A stretch of DNA of 64,000 nt from Cenarchaeum sp. (GTDB lineage: Archaea > Thermoproteota > Nitrososphaeria > Nitrososphaerales > Nitrosopumilaceae): assembly GCA_963693095.2 (NCBI GenBank), contig OY843768.1, forward strand, positions 1,888,001-1,952,000, written 5' to 3'. The notes under the pieces were generated by a model. The model searched no databases and had not been told where the DNA came from. It worked only from the letters and a program-made list of their open reading frames with translations. Below are positions 49,997-60,275 of this stretch, in pieces. The translations under genes were made by a program, and so were the position numbers. Numbering within the stretch: position 1 is the stretch's first letter; every line of letters starts with the position of its first letter.

Positions 49997-51247
49997 TTAT
50001 GGGATTCTGCGCATCATGACTTTTTGGCCAACTTCGTTCAATATCTGATCTAGTGATGGAACGTTCAATATCTGGTTCACGAGATGACTTGCGCCCTTTT
50101 CTGCCATTTTGTACACTAGATTCCACCCCAGTGATGCTGTTCCTGCAGTTCCGCCATACGTGCCTGGCCGATCACGGGTTGTCGGGCCTGATGGCGCATC
50201 ATCAAAACTTGCGACTAGCGTCATGCCAAATCCGCCCTCTGTTCCTGTTCCCTCGTTTACTAGCATAAACTTGACATAATCCTCCATGGTCAGCTTCCAT
50301 CCGTTGTCTTCATAACGCGCCTCACACCTCTTTGGCCCCTCATAGCACCGCAGAAATTTGCTGTTTGTGCAATAAATTGCCTTGTCTTGTATGTGTGAGC
50401 TGACAACCACGTCCACTCCGCGAAATTCCCGCATTCCGCAAATTTTCTTATCTAGAACATACCTGCCTTGTGGCATGCTGATTTTATTCATTGCTCCGTT
50501 AACCCAAAATTGGTTGTATGTGCGTGGCCCCATCATGATCAAATCTATCGGCGTCGTGTGCTTTGCTTGATATTTATCCATTTTTTGTCCCAACTCTGCA
50601 AACGCATTGAACCCATGACCCATGTGTATTATACCCTGAAAGTTTTGTATTCCCCCCAATGCCATGACGGCCTCTTCATTGCGTTGTCTCCAAAGATCTA
50701 AACATGCCATGCCTGACATTTCTCTCACTATGTCGTCTGATGACCTGTGGCCGTTCGGGTCTGGAACGAATTGTACGTTGCGCATCGCGTTCATCCTTAT
50801 TATCGCATCGTGGAATTCTATTGGACCGAGGCTGCCTGTCCTAATCGTGGGATTAAAAAATTTCATTCTAGTCTCTATCTGGCTCCGTCCGTACGGCGTA
50901 AATGCCTCTGTTGCTCCAAACATCCCTCTTCGTTCTTTTAGCATCTCTTTAGTTAGGTTTATCACTATGACTAGATCCTTTCTTGCTCTTTTCGAAGCGC
51001 CTACCCACGGCTTGTCATTATTGGTGTGATCTATGGGCCGCCCTCCAAAGCCAAACCCCTGACCCGGCCAAATTCTTCCATCATGAAGGGCGTATGCGCT
51101 ACACACGTTACTCTCCTCGCTATTCCTGCAGACGTTCCAGGGGTTGTGCTTGGCAAACATGGCATCAAACGTAGGATAGGGCATCCATTCAGATCGATCA
51201 TTGCCCGCATCTTGCGATCCGTCTTCATCCGCCATCATGGCCATCAT
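49997..51247 (-). CDS. capsid-like protein (subtype II) with C-terminal extension
   Basis: LWRQRNEEAVMAL, PIDLIMMGPRTY, FRGVDVVVSSHI, YEGPK..EARY; same motif order as subtype I and HK97-type MCPs (inference). Confidence 0.5.
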   Translation of the reverse strand: MMAMMADEDGSQDAGNDRSEWMPYPTFDAMFAKHNPWNVCRNSEESNVCSAYALHDGRIWPGQGFGFGGRPIDHTNNDKPWVGASKRARKDLVIVINLTKEMLKERRGMFGATEAFTPYGRSQIETRMKFFNPTIRTGSLGPIEFHDAIIRMNAMRNVQFVPDPNGHRSSDDIVREMSGMACLDLWRQRNEEAVMALGGIQNFQGIIHMGHGFNAFAELGQKMDKYQAKHTTPIDLIMMGPRTYNQFWVNGAMNKISMPQGRYVLDKKICGMREFRGVDVVVSSHIQDKAIYCTNSKFLRCYEGPKRCEARYEDNGWKLTMEDYVKFMLVNEGTGTEGGFGMTLVASFDDAPSGPTTRDRPGTYGGTAGTASLGWNLVYKMAEKGASHLVNQILNVPSLDQILNEVGQKVMMRRIP

Positions 51248-51339
51248 TATTCATATATTATTTATGTGTACTACCATTTCTGGTCGTTGATCATGCGCCT
51301 GACAGGGCCGACGACCCTGGCGACCAGTCACCCGTTGAC

Positions 51340-51555
51340 TTGGGCGCAGACACTGACACTTTTGAATATGGGCACACAGTTGAGGAATATGAGGATGAAC
51401 CGGCCAATGAAAGCATATGTGGAAAATTCGGCCCAATGTCAGACTCTGCACCAATTCCACATCCCCAAAAGAACCTCTTGAAAATTCTAAGCGGAGCTGC
51501 CGCTGTTGTCATAATACTAGTTGGCGTTCTCTATATCTCTACATTTTTTAGGTAA
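51340..51555 (+). CDS. small protein with C-terminal TM
   Basis: Acidic N-terminus and a clear TM helix (AAAVVIILVGVLYISTFF); start uncertain. Confidence 0.4.
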   Translation: MGADTDTFEYGHTVEEYEDEPANESICGKFGPMSDSAPIPHPQKNLLKILSGAAAVVIILVGVLYISTFFR

Positions 51556-51636
51556 TTACTAGATCTGGACAAAAACAGGAGTTTATGTAACTGTGACTAT
51601 TTGATGCCAATTATGCAACGTGGTGTTTTTGAGAAT

Positions 51637-52308
51637 TTAGCTAACGGTTTTGGGCTTGTCATTTTTTGCTTGGTCTAATTTTTCTTCTAGTCTTTGTGTG
51701 CGCTGCTCAGATTTTTTTGGTTCTTCAAAACAATAATTGAATAGTGTCTCTAATATATCTAATGTCCATTCTGCCTCGTCCTTGTTGATCTCTACAATTA
51801 ATCCTGTTTGGGCGTCGTGTTCAGGATGCAATGCCAAATTTCCAATACCTCTCACCTTGTCTAGGCCTTTTACTATGTGCTCTGGCAAATTCTTTTCGTT
51901 GACCAATTCTTGAATTTCGTCATAAAGGCTGTTTTTTTCAATTTTAAAATGTTCACGTATTGTCATCTGCAAACATCGCCTTGCCAACGCTGCACTTGCA
52001 GAAGGACTGTATCCTAACACATTTCCTGCTTCTTCGTAGGCTGAATTAATGGCCGGGGGGACATATTCGAACTTTCTTCTTGATTGTGCGTGTGGAATTA
52101 TGAATGTTTGGGATATGACTAGACCATGTTCCATTTTTCTCAATCTCATTATAAGGCGTAAACAATTAAGATTCTGACAATAGCCATGGTCTACATAGTA
52201 GAATGCCTCACCTGCATTCTGTTTCTCATACATCATGCTGGGCTTCAGTTTGCTAAATTCAACTGCAGAGCTAGTTAAACAGTGTGGGCATTGTATGGGC
52301 TCTTCCAT
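51637..52308 (-). CDS. DUF4145 (HEPN-like) protein with N-terminal Zn ribbon
   Basis: CPHC...CQN..C; SPSASAALARRCLQ; VRGIGNLALH. Confidence 0.85.
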   Translation of the reverse strand: MEEPIQCPHCLTSSAVEFSKLKPSMMYEKQNAGEAFYYVDHGYCQNLNCLRLIMRLRKMEHGLVISQTFIIPHAQSRRKFEYVPPAINSAYEEAGNVLGYSPSASAALARRCLQMTIREHFKIEKNSLYDEIQELVNEKNLPEHIVKGLDKVRGIGNLALHPEHDAQTGLIVEINKDEAEWTLDILETLFNYCFEEPKKSEQRTQRLEEKLDQAKNDKPKTVS

Positions 52309-52357
52309 ATTGCCACACGAGGACTGGTCATTATTTATCTCTATCAATATCGGTACG

Positions 52358-52850
52358 GTATAAGGTCAGCACCCCTGCCCATTTAGTCAAATGGGCGCGA
52401 TCCTACCGATCCATTTACCGCGGAGCCGCCCGCCCTGGCATGGCGGGCCGACGGGGCGGGAACCTGGGCCACGTGGTGGCGGAGCTCAGCGGCAGGCTCA
52501 TGGCCGTGGAGGAGCGGGCAAGGGAGCGCGACCTGCGGATCAGGGAGATGCAGAAGAGGGTTGCCGGGCTGGAGGCGGCCGTCGAGGCACGGGACGCGAG
52601 GATCGCCGGGCTGGAGGCGGAGAACGACACCATGAGGCGCACGCTGTCGTACTGCCAGAACGCCAACACGCCGCCGTCGTCGGCGTTGCCGGGGCACAAG
52701 AGGAGGAAGCGCAAGGTGCGGCGCGCGAGGGAGCGCGGCGAGCTCCCGCCGCACGGGATGCCCGGCGGCAGGCCCGGCCACCGCGGCACGTCGCGCCGGC
52801 ACGCGCCGACCGAGGAGGTCATGCGCGCGGTCTGGGTGCTGACCTCATAC
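52358..52850 (+). mobile_element. internally deleted IS66-family element (493 bp)
   Basis: TIRs GTATAAGGTCAGCACCC / GTATGAGGTCAGCACCC; TnpC N-terminus NANTPPS...PGGRPGHRG. No clear target duplication. Confidence 0.85.
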
Positions 52851-53034
52851 GATACGGCTTTGTCCACGAATACGCGGGGGCGACTGCTCCGGGGCTACAA
52901 TGGCGTGAAATTTCGGCTCCTCGCGCTGGCGTGTCAATTTCACTCATGATCTATAAGCCTTGCTATGCCCTTCAGGATTCGTATAGCCAGTATGCACCAA
53001 AATGTTTAAATAATCTTCCATTGCTACTTGGGAT

Positions 53035-53733
53035 GTGAAAATCGAGTATGTCGTTTTGATCATCGGTGCAGCCCTTGTGATCATACCCCGTCTTGCCAAA
53101 GCTTTCGAATCTAGCGAGACGTCAACAGATCTCCGGGATAGTGACCTGCCAAACGGGCGTGGCCGTGGCGACAGGGTATCGACAATGCCCGAGCGTGCCA
53201 CTCCGGCGGATCTTGACAGCTCTGAGACATGTATTGCTCGTGCCCATGATCTCTTTGGCAAGGGACGTGGTTCTGATGCGCTACGCATCCTTGATGATGC
53301 TATCAGTCGGAATCCTGACAATGCCAAGCTGCATATTGCCTTGGGCATAATGTTGCACAAGTTCTGCCACCCCAAGCATGCCCTAGTCTACTTTGAGCGG
53401 GCCATTGAGCTAGACCAGGGTGCAGCTGACGCGCACGCAGGTAGGGCCTATATCCTGTATAATTTTGCGCTGTATGGTGAGACGTGTGATTCAGTTGTGC
53501 CCTATGAAGAGGTATATGACTCACTTGAGCGCGCTAAAGAGTTTGGATGCAATGACGCAAAGTTGTACCGTCATATTGGGCTGACTTTGGAGTTTCTTGC
53601 TAGGAAACACCCCAGTTTGTCCACTGGATTTCGGGTGATCGCGATTGAATCGCTCCAACGCGCCCTTGATCTCGATAGGCACCACTTTGACACGCAATGC
53701 GCCCTCAAGCATGTCAAAGGGCGCCTAGCGTGA
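53035..53733 (+). CDS. membrane-anchored TPR protein
   Basis: N-terminal TM plus 3-4 degenerate TPRs. Confidence 0.8.
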   Translation: MKIEYVVLIIGAALVIIPRLAKAFESSETSTDLRDSDLPNGRGRGDRVSTMPERATPADLDSSETCIARAHDLFGKGRGSDALRILDDAISRNPDNAKLHIALGIMLHKFCHPKHALVYFERAIELDQGAADAHAGRAYILYNFALYGETCDSVVPYEEVYDSLERAKEFGCNDAKLYRHIGLTLEFLARKHPSLSTGFRVIAIESLQRALDLDRHHFDTQCALKHVKGRLA

Positions 53734-54031
53734 CATTGCATATAGTGTGACTCAGCTGCTGTCCTTGCCGCACCTGTTCTCTATATAGTTGGCCATTGCC
53801 GCGCACCACACTAGCACGATCTGCGCGTCGTTGTGATCCACCGCGTACTCTGATTCTGTCGCAGCGTGACGCGCACCGCTCTTGTTGCTAAAGTCGCACA
53901 TCTTTTTAATTGCCTCTTATTTTTGGATGTAATCTACAAATTTGTCCACAATAATTCTGACAACTTTAAAAAATATTTTGATATTTTAAAATACTATAAT
54001 ATTTATAAAATATAATTTTAGAAAATCTAGA

Positions 54032-55282
54032 TTAAATTATCAAAGCCCAATTATTCTCATAAAAAGTTATGTCATTATCAGGTATATCGAAGAAAAACTT
54101 ATTGTTTTTTTGGATTATATTAATTGCAAATTTTTCGGGGTTTTTATCCTGTGATTTGTACTTGCCTGAAACATATTCGTTAATTTTGCTATAGGGCACA
54201 ATCAAAAAATTCTCATGGGGAGGATCTGTGTTTGCTGAACGCAGAACAAATACATAAAATGTGCTCCCGGATGCAGTTCGCTCAAAGGCTCTTTTGGGTA
54301 GATAAAACGTATATTTCTCAGTAGATGATGTTGATGTTTTGACTTGTATGTGATAATAATTTCTATTGTCTTTTGTGACAATCAAATCAATTCCTGCATC
54401 AAGGGCGGGTATGCTTACACTGTATTCTAAAAATGAAAGCTTGCCTGCAACCAAATACTCTCCACCCTTTCCAACATAGGTTGTGCTCAGTGAGCTGCCG
54501 GGTGGTTTTTCTGGAAGTGCGCGTGTGGGCGGCTCCGAACTCGCGGCCTCTGCCGGCTCGGCAGCGGTGGGCTTGCCGGGGGGTGCGCGTGTGGGCGGCT
54601 CCGAACTCGCGGCCTCTGCCGGCTCGGCAGCGGTGGGCTTGCCGGGGGGTGCGCGTGTGGGCGGCTCCGAACTCGCGGCCTCTGCCGGCTCGGCAGCGGT
54701 GGGCTTGCCGGGGGGTGCGCGTGTGGTATGCGCAATGGTGTTGCTCGCAGACGCTTTATGCAAAAGTGGGTGGTTTGGATTGAGCTTATAATATCCTGTT
54801 TGTGCCGCAATAAACACAGAGTCATTACCATGCAGCCGTATATCGCTATGCAGTATAGCGCCCATGCAGCTATGAATAGTGCTTTCTCTGAGCATAATCA
54901 TCCTTTCAGTCATTGCAGACTCTGCAATTTTTGTAAAATGCATTGGTGTTGCTGCTGTCTGTAGTATTTTGATCGCAGCATTTCGAAACGCTAATACAAT
55001 GGGCGAGGTTTTATCTGGGACGATGCTGACCTGATTTACGGGACAGTCGGGGTTGATGGCATAATATCCGGTTTTCGGTGATTTGAAAGCAGAAAGTTTG
55101 GCATATTGCATAATGTCGCTGTGAAGGATTGCGCCCATGCAGTTGTGAATAGTATTCTCGTCCAATTTGATCAATCTCAACTCTAGCGCCATCTCTGCAA
55201 TCTTATTAAAATGTAGTGGCTCTGCGCTCTCTTGAAGAATTTGGATTGCGGCATTATTGAATGCCTTTATTTGAGTCAACAC
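54032..55282 (-). CDS. tandem HARE-HTH domains plus PD-(D/E)XK nuclease
   Basis: Two copies of AAI.ILQ....P.HF..I...A...L....T...MGA.L.SDI......F.....G.Y; C-terminal GKGGEY.VA..L, DAGIDL, IQVKT. Confidence 0.8.
   Translation of the reverse strand: MLTQIKAFNNAAIQILQESAEPLHFNKIAEMALELRLIKLDENTIHNCMGAILHSDIMQYAKLSAFKSPKTGYYAINPDCPVNQVSIVPDKTSPIVLAFRNAAIKILQTAATPMHFTKIAESAMTERMIMLRESTIHSCMGAILHSDIRLHGNDSVFIAAQTGYYKLNPNHPLLHKASASNTIAHTTRAPPGKPTAAEPAEAASSEPPTRAPPGKPTAAEPAEAASSEPPTRAPPGKPTAAEPAEAASSEPPTRALPEKPPGSSLSTTYVGKGGEYLVAGKLSFLEYSVSIPALDAGIDLIVTKDNRNYYHIQVKTSTSSTEKYTFYLPKRAFERTASGSTFYVFVLRSANTDPPHENFLIVPYSKINEYVSGKYKSQDKNPEKFAINIIQKNNKFFFDIPDNDITFYENNWALII
54517..54726. repeat. 66-bp perfect tandem repeat, about 3.2 units (TRAPPGKPTAAEPAEAASSEPP)
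   Basis: Units start at 54517, 54583 and 54649, with a partial unit at 54715. Confidence 0.95.
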
Positions 55283-55328
55283 AGCATACGCTAAAACCTC
55301 CCTATTAAATTGTTTATTGGATAGTCTA

Positions 55329-56433
55329 TACTCACGAGCTAAAGTTCGTGTGACCTTCCACGACCTTCCTGTTCAGGTATGCGTAGATGTTCAGGTTGAA
55401 CCGCTTGGTCCTGAGGTACTCGCCGACCGCGATCCTCAGCTCGTCCAGGGTTCGTGGTTGCCCCGGGACCCTGACGTCCCTCTTGAGTATGCGCCACGTC
55501 CCCTCGATGGCGCTTAGCTGCGGGGATCCCACCGGCAGCTCGATGAGCTTGATCTCGCCGTTGGCGCGCAGCAGGTCCTTGACCGCCCCCGCGCGGTGCT
55601 GGGGAGCCCTGTCGACGATGACGGCGATCTTGCCGAACTTCCCGTGCAGCTCCGCAAGGTACTGCGCGAACGTGTCCGCGTTGAACTTGTCGCGCGTCCG
55701 GAACGCCTGCCGCCCGTCCTCGGCGATCGCCCCGTACACGACGATCCGCTCGTGGCTCCCGGTGTACGGCTCGTAGACGGGCACCGTGCGCGGCGTCCAG
55801 TGCGTCGCCATGCCCCCGGCGTCGTTCACGATGATCGACTCGTCCTGCACCAGCATCGTGTATCCCGCGCGCGCCAGGCGTGGCGCCGCCCCCGCAAGGC
55901 GCCGCTGCCAGCTGCGGACGGCGGACGCGCTCGCCCTGTTGACGTGGGCCTTTCGCGGCCTCTTGCGCGAGAGGCCGAACTCGCGCATGAGCCTCCTCAC
56001 GCTGGCTATGTGGAACAGTGTCCCCGCCGCCCCGGCGATCCTGTCGCGGACCGCGGCCGGGGTCGTGGGGGATCCCGACGCGTCGGCGAGGATCCCGTCG
56101 AGCGCCGTTCGCGGCACGGCCAGCGGCCTCCCGGAGCGCGGGAGGTCGCGGAGGGCGGGAAGCCCGCCCTCCCGGTACCGCGCAACCCACTTGCCGACCC
56201 ACCCCGGGCACCGCATCAGCGTGTCCGCCGTGTCCTCGTGCGTCATGCCCATGTTGACCACGCAGTGCACGGCGAGCATCCTGTCCCTCACGTGCCCGCT
56301 CTTCTCGCTGTGGTGCGCGTCCCTCAGCTCCTCCCGCTTCCGGTCGTCCATGCCCTGGCGCGGGAGGGGGCGATCAATATAGCTGCGGGGTCGGGGAAAC
56401 TTGATCATCTATACGAACTTTAGCTCGTGAGTA
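55329..56433 (-). mobile_element. IS630-family element type B, copy 1 (1105 bp)
   Basis: Perfect 21-bp TIR TACTCACGAGCTAAAGTTCGT; flanking TA. Confidence 0.95.
55332..56351 (-). CDS. IS630-family transposase (type B)
   Basis: QDES, IVDRA, PQLSAIEGTW. Confidence 0.95.
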   Translation of the reverse strand: MDDRKREELRDAHHSEKSGHVRDRMLAVHCVVNMGMTHEDTADTLMRCPGWVGKWVARYREGGLPALRDLPRSGRPLAVPRTALDGILADASGSPTTPAAVRDRIAGAAGTLFHIASVRRLMREFGLSRKRPRKAHVNRASASAVRSWQRRLAGAAPRLARAGYTMLVQDESIIVNDAGGMATHWTPRTVPVYEPYTGSHERIVVYGAIAEDGRQAFRTRDKFNADTFAQYLAELHGKFGKIAVIVDRAPQHRAGAVKDLLRANGEIKLIELPVGSPQLSAIEGTWRILKRDVRVPGQPRTLDELRIAVGEYLRTKRFNLNIYAYLNRKVVEGHTNFSS

Positions 56434-57188
56434 TATGTTATGTGCTCTGCATCAAGACCAATCTTGTCGTTTTTTTCAAAAACATCCTTGTATTCATTCC
56501 CTGCAGCAGAAAACAGCTCCCTGATCCTCTTGAATACTTTGTCTGGCTTTTCGCCGGTGACTGCTCTAAAACAAAGCATTTCATCGGGTTCTGTATATTT
56601 CTCGTCATACAATTTACATAATATCAGGTTAATCATCCCCTTTGCTAGCTCCTCATCACGCGTCGTTCCGATCATGCTGCCTGCAAGACGATGCCTGATC
56701 TCCTTGAACACGTCTTTTAAATTATGGGGTATTGTTAGATCCTTTCGTCGATACATTCCAATCTCTTCTATCTGTTCACCAAATTTGGGCATGTCTGGAA
56801 TGTCATAATATTCTGTTTTTCCAGATTTGATATATTTTCTGATCGTGACCAACTCTTCACCATTAAACCAAACTCCAATTTCTGCTTCTGAAAATTTAAG
56901 ATAACTCTTAAGCTGGGTTTTGCCTGACGTTATGTTGGAAGCCTTACATTCTACTATTATTTTCAGCTGTTCATTCTTTTTTTCAGCTGATTCAAACACT
57001 GCAATATCCACAGGATAGCCTCTTTTGTCTGATGGACTCTCTTTGACTCTGTATTGTGGACTTGTAACTATGTGTTCTTTTGGATATTTGTATTCTCTGA
57101 TCAGCTTTTCTACAAACTTCTGGATTGCTAGCTCTTCTGTGGTTATGGCGTGTTTTGCACGTGTGCCGCCTTGGCTTTCTATGCCCAT
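56434..57188 (-). pseudogene. restriction-modification enzyme (HsdR_N-like nuclease fused to the start of an N6-MTase region), truncated by IS630
   Basis: EE...Q......L..EYKYP, VDIAVF, IIVECK, QLKSY, GVWFNG, then NLILCKLYDEK. No MTase motifs remain. Confidence 0.8.
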
Positions 57189-57389
57189 TTCGTTGTGGTA
57201 TACTTGTGCATATAATGATCTATAGCACGTGACTTGACATTATTTGACCATCTAAACAAAATCTTCACTACGTGGGGAATCCTGTGGAATCAGGCTTGGG
57301 TTCTGTGCGCACGGCGGCCAGGGCAGCTAATATTGAACCTTGCAGCACTATGGCCGTCGTGCGTGGGGCTTGAGATGCGGGATTGGCGC

Positions 57390-57640
57390 TATCCGCCATG
57401 CCCCAGCCCCCTGCGCCACCACGTGACCACCTGCGGGGAACAGGGAAAGCGTGGGCTCGGAGGCGGTCTCTGCCACCGTGAAGGGCACGCCGCTGGCCGA
57501 CTCTGCGGGCTTTGGCACTCACACCCACGTGCGGTGGCCTGACGTGCGCGGCGACGGGACGCCGCGGCGGGACATTCTGAGGCTGCACGCCAGGACGAGC
57601 CGGTCCAGGAAAACACACGTGAAACATGCCTCACAACCCA
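57390..57640 (+). pseudogene. degenerate DDE transposase fragment (IS5/IS4-like)
   Basis: GC-rich patch encoding ADSAGF......W.DVR.....RR...RLH, which resembles D-S-T-G...K-L-H of DDE_Tnp_1-type enzymes. Confidence 0.4.
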
Positions 57641-57829
57641 AAAACCCTCGCGACCTTGCCCCCGAGGGAGCATCCTGGAAATTCTGGGCTGCGCTGCCGC
57701 CGCTGTCACAATACTAGCCGGCATTCTCTGTATCTCTGCCTTTTTGGCTGATCACTAGATCTGAGCAAAAACGGTGGTTTGTGAGACATTGACTATTTTG
57801 GATCAGTTGTGTCATGGAGTTTTGAAAAT

Positions 57830-58501
57830 TTAACTAGCAGTTCTAGGTTTGTTGTTTTTTATTTTCTTCAATTTTTCCTCAAGGCTTTGGGTACGCTGTT
57901 CATGTTTTTTAGGTTCTACAAAACAGTAATTGAACAGCGTTTCTAATATTTCTAGCGTCCATTCTGCCTCATCCCTGTCGACCTTTACAATCAATCCTGT
58001 TTGCTTGTCATGTTCCGGATGCGTTGCCAAATTTCCAATCTTTCTGACCTTGTCTAGGTCATTTAGTATGTATTTTGGGAGGTTCTCGCCGTCGATCAAT
58101 TCTTGAATTTCGTCATAAAGGCTGTCTTTCTCAATTTTAAAATGTCCGCGTATTGTCTCCTGCAAACATCGCCTTGCTAGCGCTGCACTTGCAGAAGGGC
58201 TGTCTTCTAGAACATTCCCTGCCTCTTCGTAGATTGAATTAATGGTTGAGGGGACATGCTCGATTTTTTTTCTTGACGATCTACGTGGAATTATAAACGT
58301 GCCAGAATGCCTATTTCCATTTTCTTGTTTTATTAACTCCATGATGAGGCGTAGGCAATTGGGATTCTGGCAATAGCCATGGGTTATATAATAATTTATG
58401 CGGGTTCCTCCCTGCTTCTCGTTTATTTGGGCGGGTTTTAGTGTGTCAAATTCGACTGCAGAGCTCGTTAAACAGTGTGGGCATTGTATGGGGGTTGCCA
58501 T
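57830..58501 (-). CDS. DUF4145 (HEPN-like) protein
   Basis: Same 223-aa length as, and highly similar to, 51637-52308. Confidence 0.85.
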   Translation of the reverse strand: MATPIQCPHCLTSSAVEFDTLKPAQINEKQGGTRINYYITHGYCQNPNCLRLIMELIKQENGNRHSGTFIIPRRSSRKKIEHVPSTINSIYEEAGNVLEDSPSASAALARRCLQETIRGHFKIEKDSLYDEIQELIDGENLPKYILNDLDKVRKIGNLATHPEHDKQTGLIVKVDRDEAEWTLEILETLFNYCFVEPKKHEQRTQSLEEKLKKIKNNKPRTAS

Positions 58502-58589
58502 CACGCCATGCGGAACCTGGCCATTATTTATCTCTATCAATGCCGGTGCGCATACTCTAGATCCGACATGACGTGGGATTTCTGACTCG

Positions 58590-60275
58590 CTAGTCGCCAA
58601 AATACTTGCGAATGTTTTGGACTGTCTTGTAAAAGTCTGAATCCTTAAACTTTGCAGTGTTAAACTTTGGATCAATGTTTTCCCCTCCCCTGATGCTATC
58701 CTTTAGTTCTTTTGTTGGGGTATCAAAATATTCTGCCCAATACGTCGGCCCGTTAGACCAAAAACACACACAGTTGGGGCCATCGGCATAATCGCTTGTG
58801 TCGGCATTTAGAGGCTCCAAGAATTCATCACTCATGCCAATTTTCTTGGCAAGTCTTTTATTGCTCGCGTCTGCGTCTTTTCGCTTGTCAGCCGCACTTT
58901 TAAGTTGCTTTTTGACTGGCTCGTCGTCTGTCTTGTTCAGATCCCCGTCCCATATGACAAACTGCCTGATCCCAAGTGACTTGAGAACGTCATAAAAGCG
59001 CACCATGCTCTCCTTTCCCCCACAGTCGACGACGACGACCTCTTTGCTGACTAGCGCGTCCATGATCGGCTGTTCTTCGTGGTCGGTCTTGCGAAGCATC
59101 GCGTTGATGATCGTCTCATCGTCGTGCCCCTCCACCAATATTGCCCCGCTTGCAAACACTGCCTCCTCCATGGCCTTTATCATCTTGCCCCAGATTGGCT
59201 TGCCTTTAGGACTCTTCCACCCATGTACGCAAACACCCCTGCCGACGTTTATCACCTTGCGTATGTCCATTGGACCCTTTAATGTGATCATCATCGGAGA
59301 GTGCGTTGTGTACACGACCTGGTGCAATGAGTCTGACAGGTTTTGCAGCGCCTGCAGCAGGAGCCTCTGCCTTTGAGGATGCTGGTGCAGCTCTGGCTCG
59401 TCAATGATGATGAGCGTTAACATCTTGTCACCCCCCGTGTCCTTTGGGGTCTTTGCCCCGGCCCCTGGCGCCTTTTTGTCCCTGTCCTTCTCTGCCTTTT
59501 TTGCCACCTCGCCACCGACCTCTAATGCGGCCATGTAGAACGCGCGTTTTGTCCCATGACCCATGTATTTGTGGTCTATACTATTTCCACTAATGCAGTC
59601 TATTATGCTTAAATCGGTCTTTAAGGTGACGCCAAGATCCTTGAACTTTAGATCGACTTCTACGTTTGGCGCATACCCGCTCCCCTTCTCTCCGCGCAGT
59701 TTTCTGTCTAGTGCTGCTTTTACCCCTAATAGGTCAGAATCGAACAGTTTTTGAATGTCCACCTGCATTTTCTTTGCCTTGCTGTCCTTCTCTGCGATGC
59801 GCCTAATGGTGTCATTGATTATCTGTTCTAGGGGCGAGTTCTTTTTGTCCTCGCCGTCGTCATCTGTCTCGTGCTCTGCTGGAACATATATCACATTTAC
59901 ATATTTTTGCAGAAACTTTTTGCAGTCCATGCCCGCACTGCTTTTACACGTGTATTTTGGAGTTGTAACTGTTGTCCTGCGCTCTCCCTCGTGATCCGGC
60001 TCTGACCTTTTGCATTCCCACTCACAGCTCACCTCGAGCTCATCCTCCCCGCCAACGCCCTCAAGCGTGACGGTTATGGTGATTGGCTTTTCCTTGTCGT
60101 TAAAGTCCTCAGGCTTCATCCTGCCTGCCTTGTCGCTGAAGAGCCTCTCGAGTGCGAGCAGGAACGTCGTCTTGCCGGCGTTGTTTGCCCCTATCAGCGC
60201 GGTCATCTCGCCCAGGCTAATCTTTGTGTGGACTATGGCGCGGAAGTTCTGTACCCTGATCTTTGATATCTTCAT
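58590..60275 (-). CDS. OLD-family ATP-dependent endonuclease
   Basis: GANNAGKT, GHGTKR, IIDEPELHQHP, TTHSP, VEGHDD, IWDGD. Confidence 0.9.
   Translation of the reverse strand: MKISKIRVQNFRAIVHTKISLGEMTALIGANNAGKTTFLLALERLFSDKAGRMKPEDFNDKEKPITITVTLEGVGGEDELEVSCEWECKRSEPDHEGERRTTVTTPKYTCKSSAGMDCKKFLQKYVNVIYVPAEHETDDDGEDKKNSPLEQIINDTIRRIAEKDSKAKKMQVDIQKLFDSDLLGVKAALDRKLRGEKGSGYAPNVEVDLKFKDLGVTLKTDLSIIDCISGNSIDHKYMGHGTKRAFYMAALEVGGEVAKKAEKDRDKKAPGAGAKTPKDTGGDKMLTLIIIDEPELHQHPQRQRLLLQALQNLSDSLHQVVYTTHSPMMITLKGPMDIRKVINVGRGVCVHGWKSPKGKPIWGKMIKAMEEAVFASGAILVEGHDDETIINAMLRKTDHEEQPIMDALVSKEVVVVDCGGKESMVRFYDVLKSLGIRQFVIWDGDLNKTDDEPVKKQLKSAADKRKDADASNKRLAKKIGMSDEFLEPLNADTSDYADGPNCVCFWSNGPTYWAEYFDTPTKELKDSIRGGENIDPKFNTAKFKDSDFYKTVQNIRKYFGD

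Noticed and set aside
37679-60275. Gabija system
   Set aside because: No UvrD-like GajB gene lies next to any OLD gene.
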